Positions 52,745 to 64,000 of a stretch of 64,000 nt of DNA are shown here, in pieces; the stretch's first letter is position 1, and every line of letters starts with the position of its first letter. The DNA comes from Centroscyllium fabricii. Taxonomy: Eukaryota. Location of the stretch: positions 186,001 to 250,000 of the forward strand of contig JBNRSN020000524.1 in assembly GCA_051313645.2 (NCBI GenBank), given 5' to 3'. The position numbers and the translations under genes were made by a program. The notes under the pieces are model-generated. The model made no database searches, had not been told where the DNA came from, and worked only from the letters and a program-made list of their open reading frames with translations.

Positions 52745-53768
52745 TAATGCAATGCACATTTGGAAGACCAGAATTATACTTAGCACTGGAATGCTGTGTA
52801 TGTAAACTTGGATGCATGCTAAGAGCTCCATTTCCCAAGTGGCTAATTTTCAATATTAGGAGCGGACACTTCCTTACAACATTAGAAAGATATCATGCAC
52901 CCATTTTTTAAATGTGGTTTCATGCTAGCCTAGAGTTATCCTGCAGTGTGGTATCTTGAACTGGTGTAAGGTGGCCTCTGGGAGGGGAGGGGGGGTCTCA
53001 TACGATTTGGGTTATGTCTGGAGTCAGATCAGGAATGAACTCGAGTTACACTGCCACTGTTGTGTCAATGCACACCCAAAACAGCTTTGTATTGACGTGA
53101 AAGTGACAGAATCACTGCACTCTATAAATGTTTTGTGTACTTTTTGTTTCTGAAGGAGATTTAAAATGTTCCTTTTTTGACACAATCGATCAATTCAACA
53201 ACATAACAGTTAGTCCACATCTTGCCATTTTTCTATAAAACTGATTTCAAATGTATGCATAATAGAGCTAAAATTAAATTTGAAATTATTTTTAGACAGA
53301 TATTTTTCCAAACAAATACATTTTGATACCCATGTATCTGTCAAAACACTGCAAAAAGTAAACCCATTTCATTCAGGATATAAAATAATCAATTGATCTA
53401 TTAGTTCTGATCTAAACAAATGATTACATTCTAGGAACATAGGAGCAATAGTAGGCCATTCAGCTCCTCGAGCATGTTGATAAATGGATAGAGTAGACCA
53501 AATAAGTTCTAGTGTGACACTGTATAACACAAGTGTTAAAAATAAAGAAAGTTGAAATAAATGATGGCCCTCAGTATAACTGATGCACATGGTCACGGTG
53601 GAAATGTTACAATTGAACCGGGTTGGTAAACGAAAAGGGTTCAACCTTTCCACTTGGAACATGAGCCAATTTTTTTCTCTTTCAGATGCTGATGGACCGG
53701 TGATTTATTTTCAACCTTTGTGTTTTTATATAAAATTAATTTATTGCATACACACAAAAAAATCTTAC

Positions 53769-53797
53769 CTGTGGTTCTCCTCCATCAAATGGATTCC
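53769..53797 (-). CDS. WDPCP: WDPCP penultimate exon (29-nt micro-exon)
   Basis: ttttcaag acceptor, cag|gtaaga donor, (G)NPFDGGEPQ; phases 1 and 0 fit both neighbours. Confidence 0.8.
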
Positions 53798-54320
53798 CTT
53801 GAAAATACACAAGGTATCTTATTTGCCTTTATACAATACTATGTTAATATACAGAATGATGCACATTGAGAGTGACATTCATCAATATTAAATCAGTGTT
53901 ACTATATTTTAAAATAATATATACACTAGTTTAAATAAAATGAAAACTAATACAGCAGTTAAAATTATTGCTGAAATTGCATGGTGAAAACAGAGGTTAT
54001 TGTGGTGTTACCGCTATAAAATACCAATGATATGATTCATTGGAGTGTAAAATGATATTACTTCATTTTAAAATAAAATTACATAGGAATTAAAAGCCTA
54101 GACATTTAAAAAGTTTTAAATTCTAACCAGGCCCTGACAAATGCTTTGATAAATATATTACCACAATGTGAACATTTCTGAGAGTTTACTGAATAGCAAA
54201 TTTTCTAAATTCTCACTTTCTTGCTTCTTTCAAACATCTACTTGCAAAGCCTTCAGGCGTGAGACAAGTTTGTTTATGAATCTTTTGTTGTACATTTTTA
54301 TATCAGTCAAAGTCTTTTAC

Positions 54321-54421
54321 CTGCCTGGGTCCAGGCCAAAGGGTCATCTATCAGGGCTGTAGCACAGGCATCGAACCCAAGTTCACTCCCCATGTCACCT
54401 GTCATGTTATGGCATGAAGAC
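54321..54421 (-). CDS. WDPCP: WDPCP third-from-last coding exon (101 nt)
   Basis: ctcccctattcag acceptor, cag|gtaaaa donor, open frame SSCHNMTGDMGSELGFDACATALIDDPLAWTQA in phase with the micro-exon. Confidence 0.75.
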
Positions 54422-55605
54422 CTGAATAGGGGAGAAGCAGAAACTGGCACTGAAGTCAGTCTTGTTTGTTTACATCAGCTGAGGTACACAGCTGTCTGAA
54501 TAATTCACCATTCCAAAACTGCTCTCCTTTTCATCTCAAGGTTTTCTGTTTACATATTAAGCAGTGGTTTGAAAAGTCTGTTACCCTTGTGATTATTCAA
54601 TAGGTGCCCAGTCACTCTACGTTTTAGCCTTGGGTTCTCATCTTTCAAGCAGCTAAGGGTTTTGTCAAAAAGAATGGTTTGAGGTTTTATCTATTACAAT
54701 CTAACAAATGAATGGAATGTTCATAAAAAAACAATTTTACAAAACATCAACCAGACACAGGAATGTCAATAAGCAAGGGCAATAAACTTCACTGCATCAC
54801 AGAGATCATTTCTGCTTTTGTATCAAAGACTTCACCGATTGAGTGCATCTCTAAACCAATACTATAGAGAAGTTGAACATTTAAAGGTAGTAGAGAAACT
54901 TGCTGACGTGCAGTTTTCTACTTAGACATTTGAACAGTTTAAAATTGAAGGTAAAGAAATACAAAAATAATGAACATTTTCATTTGACATGGCAGTCCTT
55001 AAATAAATAAAATATTGACCTTGATTGTATAAAATGAGGTTGTGAAATTAGACAATGCAACAAAGCAATGCCCCATTGTTAATATTATTCTCTCAGGCTA
55101 TATAGGTTTCATTATAAATAATTGTTAAATATCAGTGTTTTCTTTGTCAACAAATAGACAATGTTTTAAAATCCTGGGCATGGATTGATTCTTTGCTAAA
55201 ATGACATTCACAGTTAAGCTTCAACAGTAGGGGAGCTGGATTATTGCATGTTTATCTGGTGTCTGTTTAATCAACAGCAACATCAAGTCGTTTTACAGCT
55301 GCATGTTGGTGCATTTGAAAACTTCACCGAATGACACAAAATACAAGCAGAAAAAATCAAATTTCAATAAATAATAGTTTGTGAAATTTGAGCATCACAG
55401 GAGTCAATCCCCATGCCTGAATGGGTGGACCTGAGGTGTTTGTGATATTGGGCCTCATTATCATCGAGCTGGTGAGTTGCAGACAACTAACGGGTGTCCC
55501 CCAGGCAGTTCGCCGTCAAAAAGGACTCGAAGACTGGGCCGCTGCCTCAGGTAAGTCCTTAAAGGGGACGGGAAGCGTGAATAGCGGTTGAGATCGGGGA
55601 GGGTA

Positions 55606-55910
55606 GATAAGAACATACGAAGTAAGAGCAGGGGTAGGCCATTCGGCCCCTCGAGCCTGCTCCGCCATTCAATAAGATCATGGGTGATCATCGACCTCAA
55701 CTCCACTTTCCCGCCCGATCTCCATATCCCTCGAGTCCCCTAGAGTCCAAAAATCTGTCAATCTCAGCCTTGAATATACTCAAAGACTCAGCCTCCACAG
55801 CCCTCTGCGGGCAGAAATTCCTCCTCATTTCAGTCTTAAATGGCCTACCACTTATCCTGAGACTATGCCCCCTAGTTCCAGACACTCCAGCCAGGGGAAA
55901 CAACATCTCA
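55606..55910 (-). mobile_element. CR1 3' end fragment
   Basis: TRGHSLRI...FKAEIDRFL motif and the shared hairpin tail. Confidence 0.85.
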
Positions 55911-58429
55911 GATGCTGGAATCCGAGAGGGTGGCGGTGGAGATTGGGGGTGGCGGTCGAGGATCGAGGTCACTATCGGGTGGGGGAGGTTGAAACGGTGG
56001 GGTTTGAGGGAGGGGGACAGCAGTAGCCCATGAGATTTTAATATGGGGTTGAGGTGCTGTCGTCCTGCCAGCTCCACATCCAGCTGTATATTATAAACAC
56101 TTAACTTGTTGATTGCGGCCTGCAACTGTCCCTTTTAGGTCTGCCCGTTAGGCCGTATGTAGACCAGGTTTTCCTGAACAGGGCCATCCAATATTGCAGA
56201 GAGGGCCTCAAACAGACATTGGACCCATTAATTGAATATGTAAAGGGCCTAACACCCATTTCAATTGTGGGTCCTCGGCACCTCTTTTTTTGCCTACACC
56301 AATATACAGGAAACTCTTGTTTATCCGGCACTGACGGGACTGGCGTGATGCCGGTTGATCAAAAAGTCCGGATTACAGAGAGGTATACTTACCAAGGTAC
56401 GAGAGCCCCGTACACAGCCACAGGTGCAGGAACCCCTGTTATACTGCCACTAATATATAGTAAAACTTACCTGAGCGTACTCCTGAATTTTGCCGGTTAA
56501 GAGATTTCCGGACATTTAGGTGCCGGTTAAAAGAATAGCGCACTTCTGCTTCGTAATGGGTGTGTGCGTCCTGCCTGCCATATGGAGGTTGCTTAGTGCC
56601 CAAGAAACAGATACTGCCCAGTGGAACTTCTAGGCCTAGGTATCTGATAATCACGTCCAAACAAGCCTCCAAGTTTCAGAAATTTCCCCAACTTAATCAA
56701 ATGTTAAAATGTTAGCGTAATTATAAAAGCAACTTGCATTTCTTGCATCAGTATTTAGCAATATAGTCTGATAATGGATAGGTACAGAAATGCTACATTT
56801 GCAAAATCATTATTTAAAAACAACTGTAGGTTTGGTACATCAGTGATGCAATCCCACCCCCCCCCCCCCCCTGCTGTGTAAACAGAAATCCCACATACTT
56901 AGCTCCGCAGCTTCCTACATCCTGGCCTTGCTGATGGAAGAATAAATGCACTTTCTTGCCTACATCTTAACCTTGTCCCTTTTTACTTATTCTGGGCAGT
57001 ATATGTTGATGCCCTTTCCTTAGTGTTTGTGACTGTAATGAAGAACTGGATTTTGAATGATACCAAGCTTTGTTTTAACTGGCTGCCTGCTGACAAATGA
57101 TAAAGATCTGGTAGGAATACTGCTGTTTTTATTGTTATCTTCAGTCTTCCCGTAAAGGGAAGCTTAGGAAATGCTGCTGTGATTTCTCCTCTTTGATTGT
57201 GAAGTGATTGTGCTCTTCATCAGCTTTCCTGCAGCCAAATAAAGCTTCACTAACGCTGCGGCTCCATCACCGTAAGCTTTATTGGCTAGGCAGAAGAAAC
57301 AATGAAACTTCATCTGAGACCAGATTAGGCTGGGAAAAAAATGGAGGGATTGTTTTCTTCTCAGTCCCATTATCTTTGCTGCAGCATCTTGATCGGCTTT
57401 CTTAGGCACTACTACTAATTCTGCACAGGGTTGTAAACTGCTTTTTTGGCAGTCAAATTGCTGTAACCCTCTTACTTTATGTTTTAAACCAGCTTAAGCT
57501 TGTCCATCCTCTCTTTCAATGCGTCCTTTTAAATTGACTGATTTTGGTGGGGAGGGGATAGATAGATAGATACATCAGAAAGCATACACAGAAGTGACAT
57601 TTGCCAGAGCTTCACTAGTTTTACAGCCATCCTTGTGAAAGCTCCACCTTTTCTACAGCAATTTAAGTGTATTTACAAATTGCAATGTTGCAAAGATATT
57701 GTAATTTCAGGGCTACGACTTTGTCATATGATGTGGTCATTATGCAAAAATCATAAATCTTATGTCAACTGCATCAGATTTATTTAGATGGTAAGTGATC
57801 CTATTTAGTCACAACAAGTAAATCTGCAGGCTTAAGAATGATCATTGTACTGCAGCCCCTTCCGTTCCCAGCCAGCTACAAAGTGCCTCGTAGAAGGAGG
57901 AGCATCTCAATCCTACACCCTGGGACTTGGTTGGTTTGATCTGAAAAGAGATGTGGTCTCTCTGAGGTGCATTTCCTGTTGACTGAAAACTAACAGAAGG
58001 ACAAACTATCTTTGTGGATAGAACAAAGAAACAAAAAACTGTGTAGTGCTGGAAGCTTAAAGAAGGAGGAAAGTTTATGGGCATTCCTTTTTGTTCAAAG
58101 TACTCTCCATTGACCATCTAAAAAGATATTCCTTTACTTTTTCCAAAGGTGTCAAGTTTCTTACCACATCAGAGATGCACCATTAGGTCTCCTCCCTCCA
58201 GACAACTACAGTGATGCCAAAGACAAGGAGAAAGATTGTGCATTCTGAAACAGCTCTATTCACTGTAATAGAAGAACAACAAAAACAACTGCTTGCATCT
58301 GCAGTATTTTGCTTTTGTGCTTCCATTTCTGTAATGCTTTGGATATAGAAAAACAGCTCCAGGAGAAAATGAACAGCAGGAGATGGAAAGCTGTGGTGGG
58401 AGAGATGACTGGTTAAAATGATGAGTTTT

Positions 58430-59190
58430 AAGAATGGAGTTTTTACAATGTGTGCAGGACTCCTTTCTTACCCTGCATATAAAAACTCCGAGAGGGAGCA
58501 CTGCTGGATCTAGTAATGGGAAATAAACCGACAACAGATGAGAGAACTAAGTGTAGGGGAAGATTTGGGCAATATTGATCAAAACATAATAAGATTTAAG
58601 GTAAAAATTGAGAAGGACATAAGACAAAGACCAAAGTAATAAATTGGAAAAAACGCTGATTTTAACAGGATCCGAATGGAACTAGGAAAAATAATCCGGA
58701 AAAGATTACTGATGAACAAAGAAATAGAACAGCAATGGTAAACATTTAAAACAGTGATCAATAAAGTCCAGAAGAAATATATCCCAATAAAAAGCAAAAA
58801 CAAACTAGCCAGTAATGACAAACCATGGATGAATAAAGAAAGAAAACAAAATTAAAACTAAAGAAAATGGCATACACTAAGTACATTGATAACAAAAGGA
58901 GAGGATGACAAAGGGAATACGAAAAGGCTAGAAAAGAAGTCCAAAAAAATTAGGAAGGCAGAGAAACTACAAAATTGAATTATCAAGGAATATAAAAAGA
59001 AATAGTAATCTATAGACACATAAATAACAAAAGAAAGACAGGGATAGCGCCACTAAGGGATGCACACGATAAATTCACAGGTAATGACAGCGAAATGGCA
59101 GGAATATTAAGTAATTACTTTGCCTCGGTATTTACCAGGGAAACTAACATGGTGGGCATGACATTAGAAGAAGAGATCAAAAAGAATATA
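58430..59190 (+). mobile_element. CR1-type ORF2 fragment (APE end and linker), degraded
   Basis: PRGSTAGS/LLDLVM-like region, KPWMNK, EMAGILSNYFASVFT. Confidence 0.8.
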
Positions 59191-59192
59191 CA

Positions 59193-61212
59193 TCGATGGA
59201 TGATGACAGCCTTCCCATGGCCTACCCGGTTACATGATCTTAGCTCTTAGATCACAACTAATGTCGTCTCACAGGACACCGAACTTGTTAAATCGACCTC
59301 CCCGGTGACAGTAGCAAACCAAGCAAATCGAATGGTCCTCCCTCGGACCAAAGAAAACGACATGTAGGCCCTGCCATCCGAATATGCCAACTTAACATCG
59401 AAGGCATCTCTCGTTCAAATTGCGAATACTTCGAAAGGTTACTGAAGAAACACAGCGTTGATGTCCTGGTGCTTCAAGAAACACACATCGAACACATCCA
59501 CCAGTTCGACACGAGGAATTATCACAGGTCTTGACCTAGTCACTTTCAATAACCACCCCAAATATGGCCTGGCATGCTATGTTAAACAAGGCATCGAAGG
59601 CTGCACTGAACTCGAGCATACCAGTAATGCTGGAGATTTCACTCCAGCAATACGCGTAGGAGAGCTAATAATCTCCAATGTCTACAAACCACCACTCGTA
59701 CAGTGGCCTGACCCACCGCTGCCTCCTAGTCAACATCCATCCATCTCGGAGACTTTAATAACTACCACACAATGTGGGGCTATGCAGACACCAACTATAA
59801 TTGAGAAGCAATTGTACAGTGGGCTTCACTAGAGAATAAATTCCTCCTTTTTGACGCCAAAGATCGAGATACGTTTCATTTGTCAAGGTGGCAGAGAGAA
59901 TATAACCCAGACCTATGTTTCCTCTCTAAAGACAGCAAAGGAAACCCAATCATCAACCCCAGAACCTCGGGGATTTAGAAAGACATATATTCCTTGTTGG
60001 ACAGAAGTAAGCGAGGCTCTCTACCAGGAGTATTGGCTGAACAAGAACCCATCCACAGCCACCACAATGCTGGAATCCTTGAATTCGGTGAGACGTGAAA
60101 GGTGGCGGAGCCTTGTGGAGAAGAGTAACTTCACTCACTCCAGCAGGAAAGCATGGGCCCTGCTCAGTCAACTTGGCGGGGCAAACCCCACCTATAAACA
60201 TAGGACGACCATCAGAGCGGACGCCATTGCATCCCACTTGACACAAACATCAAAGGCTCCGGTTGACAAAGAATTTCGACGCCAGGTGAAGCGGCAGCTT
60301 TCGATAAACTTGATGACAGCACCAAGATCGTCAACTATGTCTGATCCATCCACCTTGGACGAACCAAACGCAGCCCTGCCGATGACCAAATCTGGAAAAG
60401 CTGCTGGTCCAGATGGTGTTTACCAAGAATTCAGAAAAGCACTGGGACCCAAAACGAAGAGATGGCTGACCTCCTCCTTCTCTGAAGTACTGGCAACTGG
60501 TAAAACTCCATCTATTTGGAGGGAGACTAAAATAATCACCCTCCTGAATCAGGGGAAGAATGCTTGCGAAGCCTCTACGCCCGATCTCCTTACTTTGCAC
60601 TTGAGAGGCTACGACTCCACAGACTAGCCCCCATCATCAAGCCAACCATTCCTAAGGAGCAAACGGGTTTCTGGAGCGGCCGTCACTGCTGCGACCAAGT
60701 GGTAGCTTTAACAACGCACATCGATGCAGGCTTCCAGTGTCAACTCAAGACCGCTGTAGCACTTGTGGACCTGTCAGTCGCGTATGACACAGTATGGAAG
60801 CATGGACTGCTTTTCAAGCTCTCCACCATTTTACCCTGCAGAACAATGACCCATCTTCTCAACTCCATACTTAGCAACTGATGCTTCCGTGTGTACTCTG
60901 GCACCCAGATATAGGACATTGAACAACGGACTCCCACAGGGTTCTGTCCTGGTGCCCATGTTATTTAATGTTTACACCAGTTACCTGCCCGAAACAGAGT
61001 CCTGCAATTTCGTATACACTGATGACATTGCCTTGGCCACGCAAAACATGAATCTGTCCATCACCGAAGAGACCCTAACCAGTGATTTACAGAGGATGGA
61101 GGCCTACTTCCACCAACGGCAACTTCGGCCAAACCCGCAATTCCACCTCAACACCCATCAAGCAAACCAAGCTTTGAAAGTTGCCTTTTGCGGCGCAGAG
61201 GTAAACCATGCC
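59193..61212 (+). mobile_element. Vingi/Ingi-like (I group) LINE, internally deleted and 3'-truncated
   Basis: GPAIRICQLNIEGIS...VLVLQETH, NVYKPP, KAAGPDG, EQTGF, DLSVAYDTVW, GLPQGSVLVPMLFNVYT, YTDD. Confidence 0.8.
59202..59268 (+). ncRNA. HDV-like ribozyme remnant at the 5' end of the Vingi/Ingi-like LINE
   Basis: P2 gatgaca/tgtcgtc, P3 gcc/ggc with L3 ttcccat, P1 3' strand ctaccc, GG for P1.1, P4 tgatct/agatca, J4/2 CTAA; P1 5' strand absent. Confidence 0.65.
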
Positions 61213-61224
61213 AAAAAAAAACTC

Positions 61225-61370
61225 TGTCCCTCTGACAATGCAGCACTCCCTCAGTACTGCGCTGAAGTGTTGGCCTAGATTTTGTGCTTAAGTTTCTGGA
61301 CTGAATTCTTGAACTCAAAACCTTCTGGCTCAAGATCGACAGTGCTACCCACTAAGCCACGGCTGACACC
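61225..61370 (-). mobile_element. Deu-SINE 5' head fragment
   Basis: reverse complement gtgtcagccgtggcttagtgggtagcact...ggttttgagttcaag...cagtactgagggagtgctgcattgtcagagg. Confidence 0.7.
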
Positions 61371-62356
61371 AAAGTACCAAATAGATCTTTAACTTGCCGC
61401 CTGGGCATAAAACCGGTGTTGCAGATTGGCCGCCCGTTGTGGTGACTGCCAGATTATCATGGATTTCAATGGCAGTGAAAACCGGGCGGTTTCGATGACG
61501 GGCGCCCGATTCCCAGTGTTTAGTTTTATTCCCGGTGAAATTTTCTCTTTCAGATGCTGCCAGACCTGCAGCATGTGTCTAGCATTTTGTGCTTTTAATA
61601 TAGATTTGCAGCATTTCTTATGGAAGTGATTGCTGTTTAAAATTGGCTGCTCCATGTCTGGAATCGATGCTGCAATGTTTGCACTAGGTATTAATCAGCC
61701 TCTGTATTTCTGAATAATTGAGTGAACCTTGTATAAAATACACTCTTATTTACATTTTGGGCAGGGATGCAAAACATAAATGATCTCAACTGATTTTGAA
61801 TAGTAGCCTCAGGAAGATCTTGACTGACAGGTTTAGAAAGGCAACACCTTCATTGGTGCAGTGTATAGACTTAGCTACATACTGTTCTCTCTGAATTTAA
61901 ATGTATCTAGCTCATAGGAGACTTATCACTCACACTGTTACCATGAAACCATCCTGAAAGGCAGCTTTTTATTTTAACTGTAAAGTAACTATTTGTCGCT
62001 TTAAGAATAGAAACCTGATCTGCTTGGCCCAGCATTTTTGTGTCTTAAAAGCATCTTTCCGAACTGATTATGGTGTTTAATGGGCCAGCACTACACACTC
62101 GGAAGACATTTAATTTTTTTTCTTTTAGTAATTCCACCATGTTCGATGCTGGAATGGGGGCAGTTTATGTTGTGCACTGGCCTCCTGTGCTGTGCCATCT
62201 GCCCGGTTTACCCTGTGGCTGCATCCAGCAACAACACTATTGATTTGGATTTCGAAGCTCAATGTAAACCTTTCAAATTCACACCTTGGAGGGATAGTTG
62301 AATCTGAGGAGGCAACTCTGGGGGCTACAAGATGAGTTTGACAAAGTATATAAAAT

Positions 62357-64000
62357 CAACAACAACTTGTATTTATATAGCACCTTTAACGTCATAAAAC
62401 GTCCCAAGGCACTTCACAGGAGTATTTTAAGATAAAAAATTTGACACTGAGCCACATAAGGAAAAATTAGGGCAGGTGACCAAAAGCTTGGTCGAAGAGG
62501 TAGATTTTAAGGAGCGTCTTAAGAGAGGTGGAGAGGTTTAGGCAGGGAATTCCAGAGCTTAGGGCCAAGGCAATAGAAGGCTTGGCCACCAATGGTTGAC
62601 TGATTATAATCAGGGTGCTCAAGAGGGCAGAATTAGATGAGCGCAGATATTTCGGGGGGGTTGTGGGGCTGGAGGAGATTACAGAGATAGGGAGGGGGGC
62701 GAGGGCATGGAGGGATTTGAAAACAAGGATGAGAATTTTGAAATCAAGGCGTTATTTAACCGGGAGCCAAAGTAGGTCAGCGAGCACAGGGGTGATGCGT
62801 GACTGGGACTTGGTGCGAGTTAGGGTAGAACGTGGGAGGCCAGCCAGGAGTCTGTTGGAATAGTCATGTCTAGAGGTAACAAAGGCATGGCTGAGGGTTT
62901 CAGCCACGGATGAGCTGAGGCAAGGGCAGAAATGAGCGATGTTATGGAGGTGGAAACAGGCAGTCTTAGTTATGCCGCAAATATGTGGTTGAAGCTTATT
63001 TCAGGGTCAAATATGTCACCAAGGTTGCGAACAGTGTGGTTCCGCCTCAGACAGATGTTAGTGAGAGGGACGGAGTCAGTGGCTAGGGAACGGAGTTTGT
63101 GGCGGGGACTTAAAACAGTGACTTCGGTCTTCCCAATATTTAATTGGAGACATTTTCTGCTCATCCAGAACTGGATGTCGGACAAGGAGTCTGACAAGTT
63201 AGAGACCGTGGCGTGGTTGAGAGAAGTGGTGGTGAGGTAGAGCTGGGTGTTGTCAGCATACATGTGGAAACTGACGTGTTTTTGGATGATGCCGCCAAGG
63301 GGCAGCATGTAGATTATCAATAGGAGGGGGCCAGGGATAGATCCTTGGCGGACACCAGAGGTAACAATGTGGGAGTAGGAAGAAAAGCCATTGCAGGTGA
63401 TTCTCTGGCTACAATTAGATAGATAAGAATGGAACCAGGCGAGTGCAGTCCCACCCAGCTGGACAATGGTGGAGAGGCGTTGGAGGAGGATGGAGTGGTC
63501 AAAGGCTGCAGACAAGTCAAGAAGGATGAGGAGGGATAGTTCATCCTTGTCACAGTCACAAAGGATGTAATTTGTGACTCTGATGAGAGCCGTTTCAGTA
63601 CTGTGGCAGGGGCGGAAACCTCATTAGAGGGCTTAGAACATGGAGTTGCGAGAAAGATGGGCACAGATTTGGGAGACGACATCACGTTCTGAATGGATGG
63701 TCTCAATCTTAGAGCCAAAGAAATCCATGAGCTCCTCACACTTGTCAGAGGCGAGGGTGGAGAAGATGGGGGAGGGGTTTAAGAAGACGGTTAGTAGTAG
63801 AGAATAGAAGTCGGGGTTTATCTTTGCATTCCAGAATGATTCTGGAATAGTGAGCAATTTTAGCAGACGAGAACAGGATCTGATAATGTTTTATGTGGTC
63901 CAGCCAGATCTGGCGGTGAATGGCCAAACCAGTTGTCCGCCATATCCGTTCCAGTCTGCGAGTCTTGGACTTAAGGTGAGGGCCATACTGGGGGAACGGC
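62357..64000 (-). mobile_element. L2-clade LINE, RT and 3' end, runs off the window
   Basis: DLSAAFDHSILL, QGSIPGP, HMYADNTQLY, LQLNIGKTE; tail aaggtgctatataaatacaagttgttgttg. Confidence 0.9.

Noticed and set aside
57164-57409. 81-aa - strand ORF as a further WDPCP exon
   Set aside because: No recognisable WDPCP similarity or phase-compatible splice sites

Overview
Vertebrate genomic DNA, almost certainly an elasmobranch (shark/ray), judged from HE1-type V-SINEs, a Deu-domain SINE, and CR1/L2 and Penelope repeats. It covers the conserved EHBP1-OTX1-WDPCP block: the last two coding exons of EHBP1 (+, ending in CaaX CILQ), a complete three-coding-exon OTX1 (+, 322 aa), and the last three coding exons of WDPCP (-, ending HFGLV). 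The first ~17 kb is CpG-retaining and nearly TE-free; the rest is CpG-depleted and TE-rich. The most unusual object sits in the last WDPCP intron: a Mag-type LTR element whose RT/RNaseH/integrase is replaced by a long coiled-coil that I recall as resembling fish HMMR/RHAMM (a putative captured host gene), nested in an inverted Penelope insertion. Next to it is a ~1.36 kb near-perfect palindrome made of two TIR elements. Also present: a young CsRN1-clade Gypsy, minimal hammerhead ribozymes, and an HDV-like ribozyme fold at the 5' end of a Vingi/Ingi-like LINE. All homology calls are from memory of the families; no searches were run.
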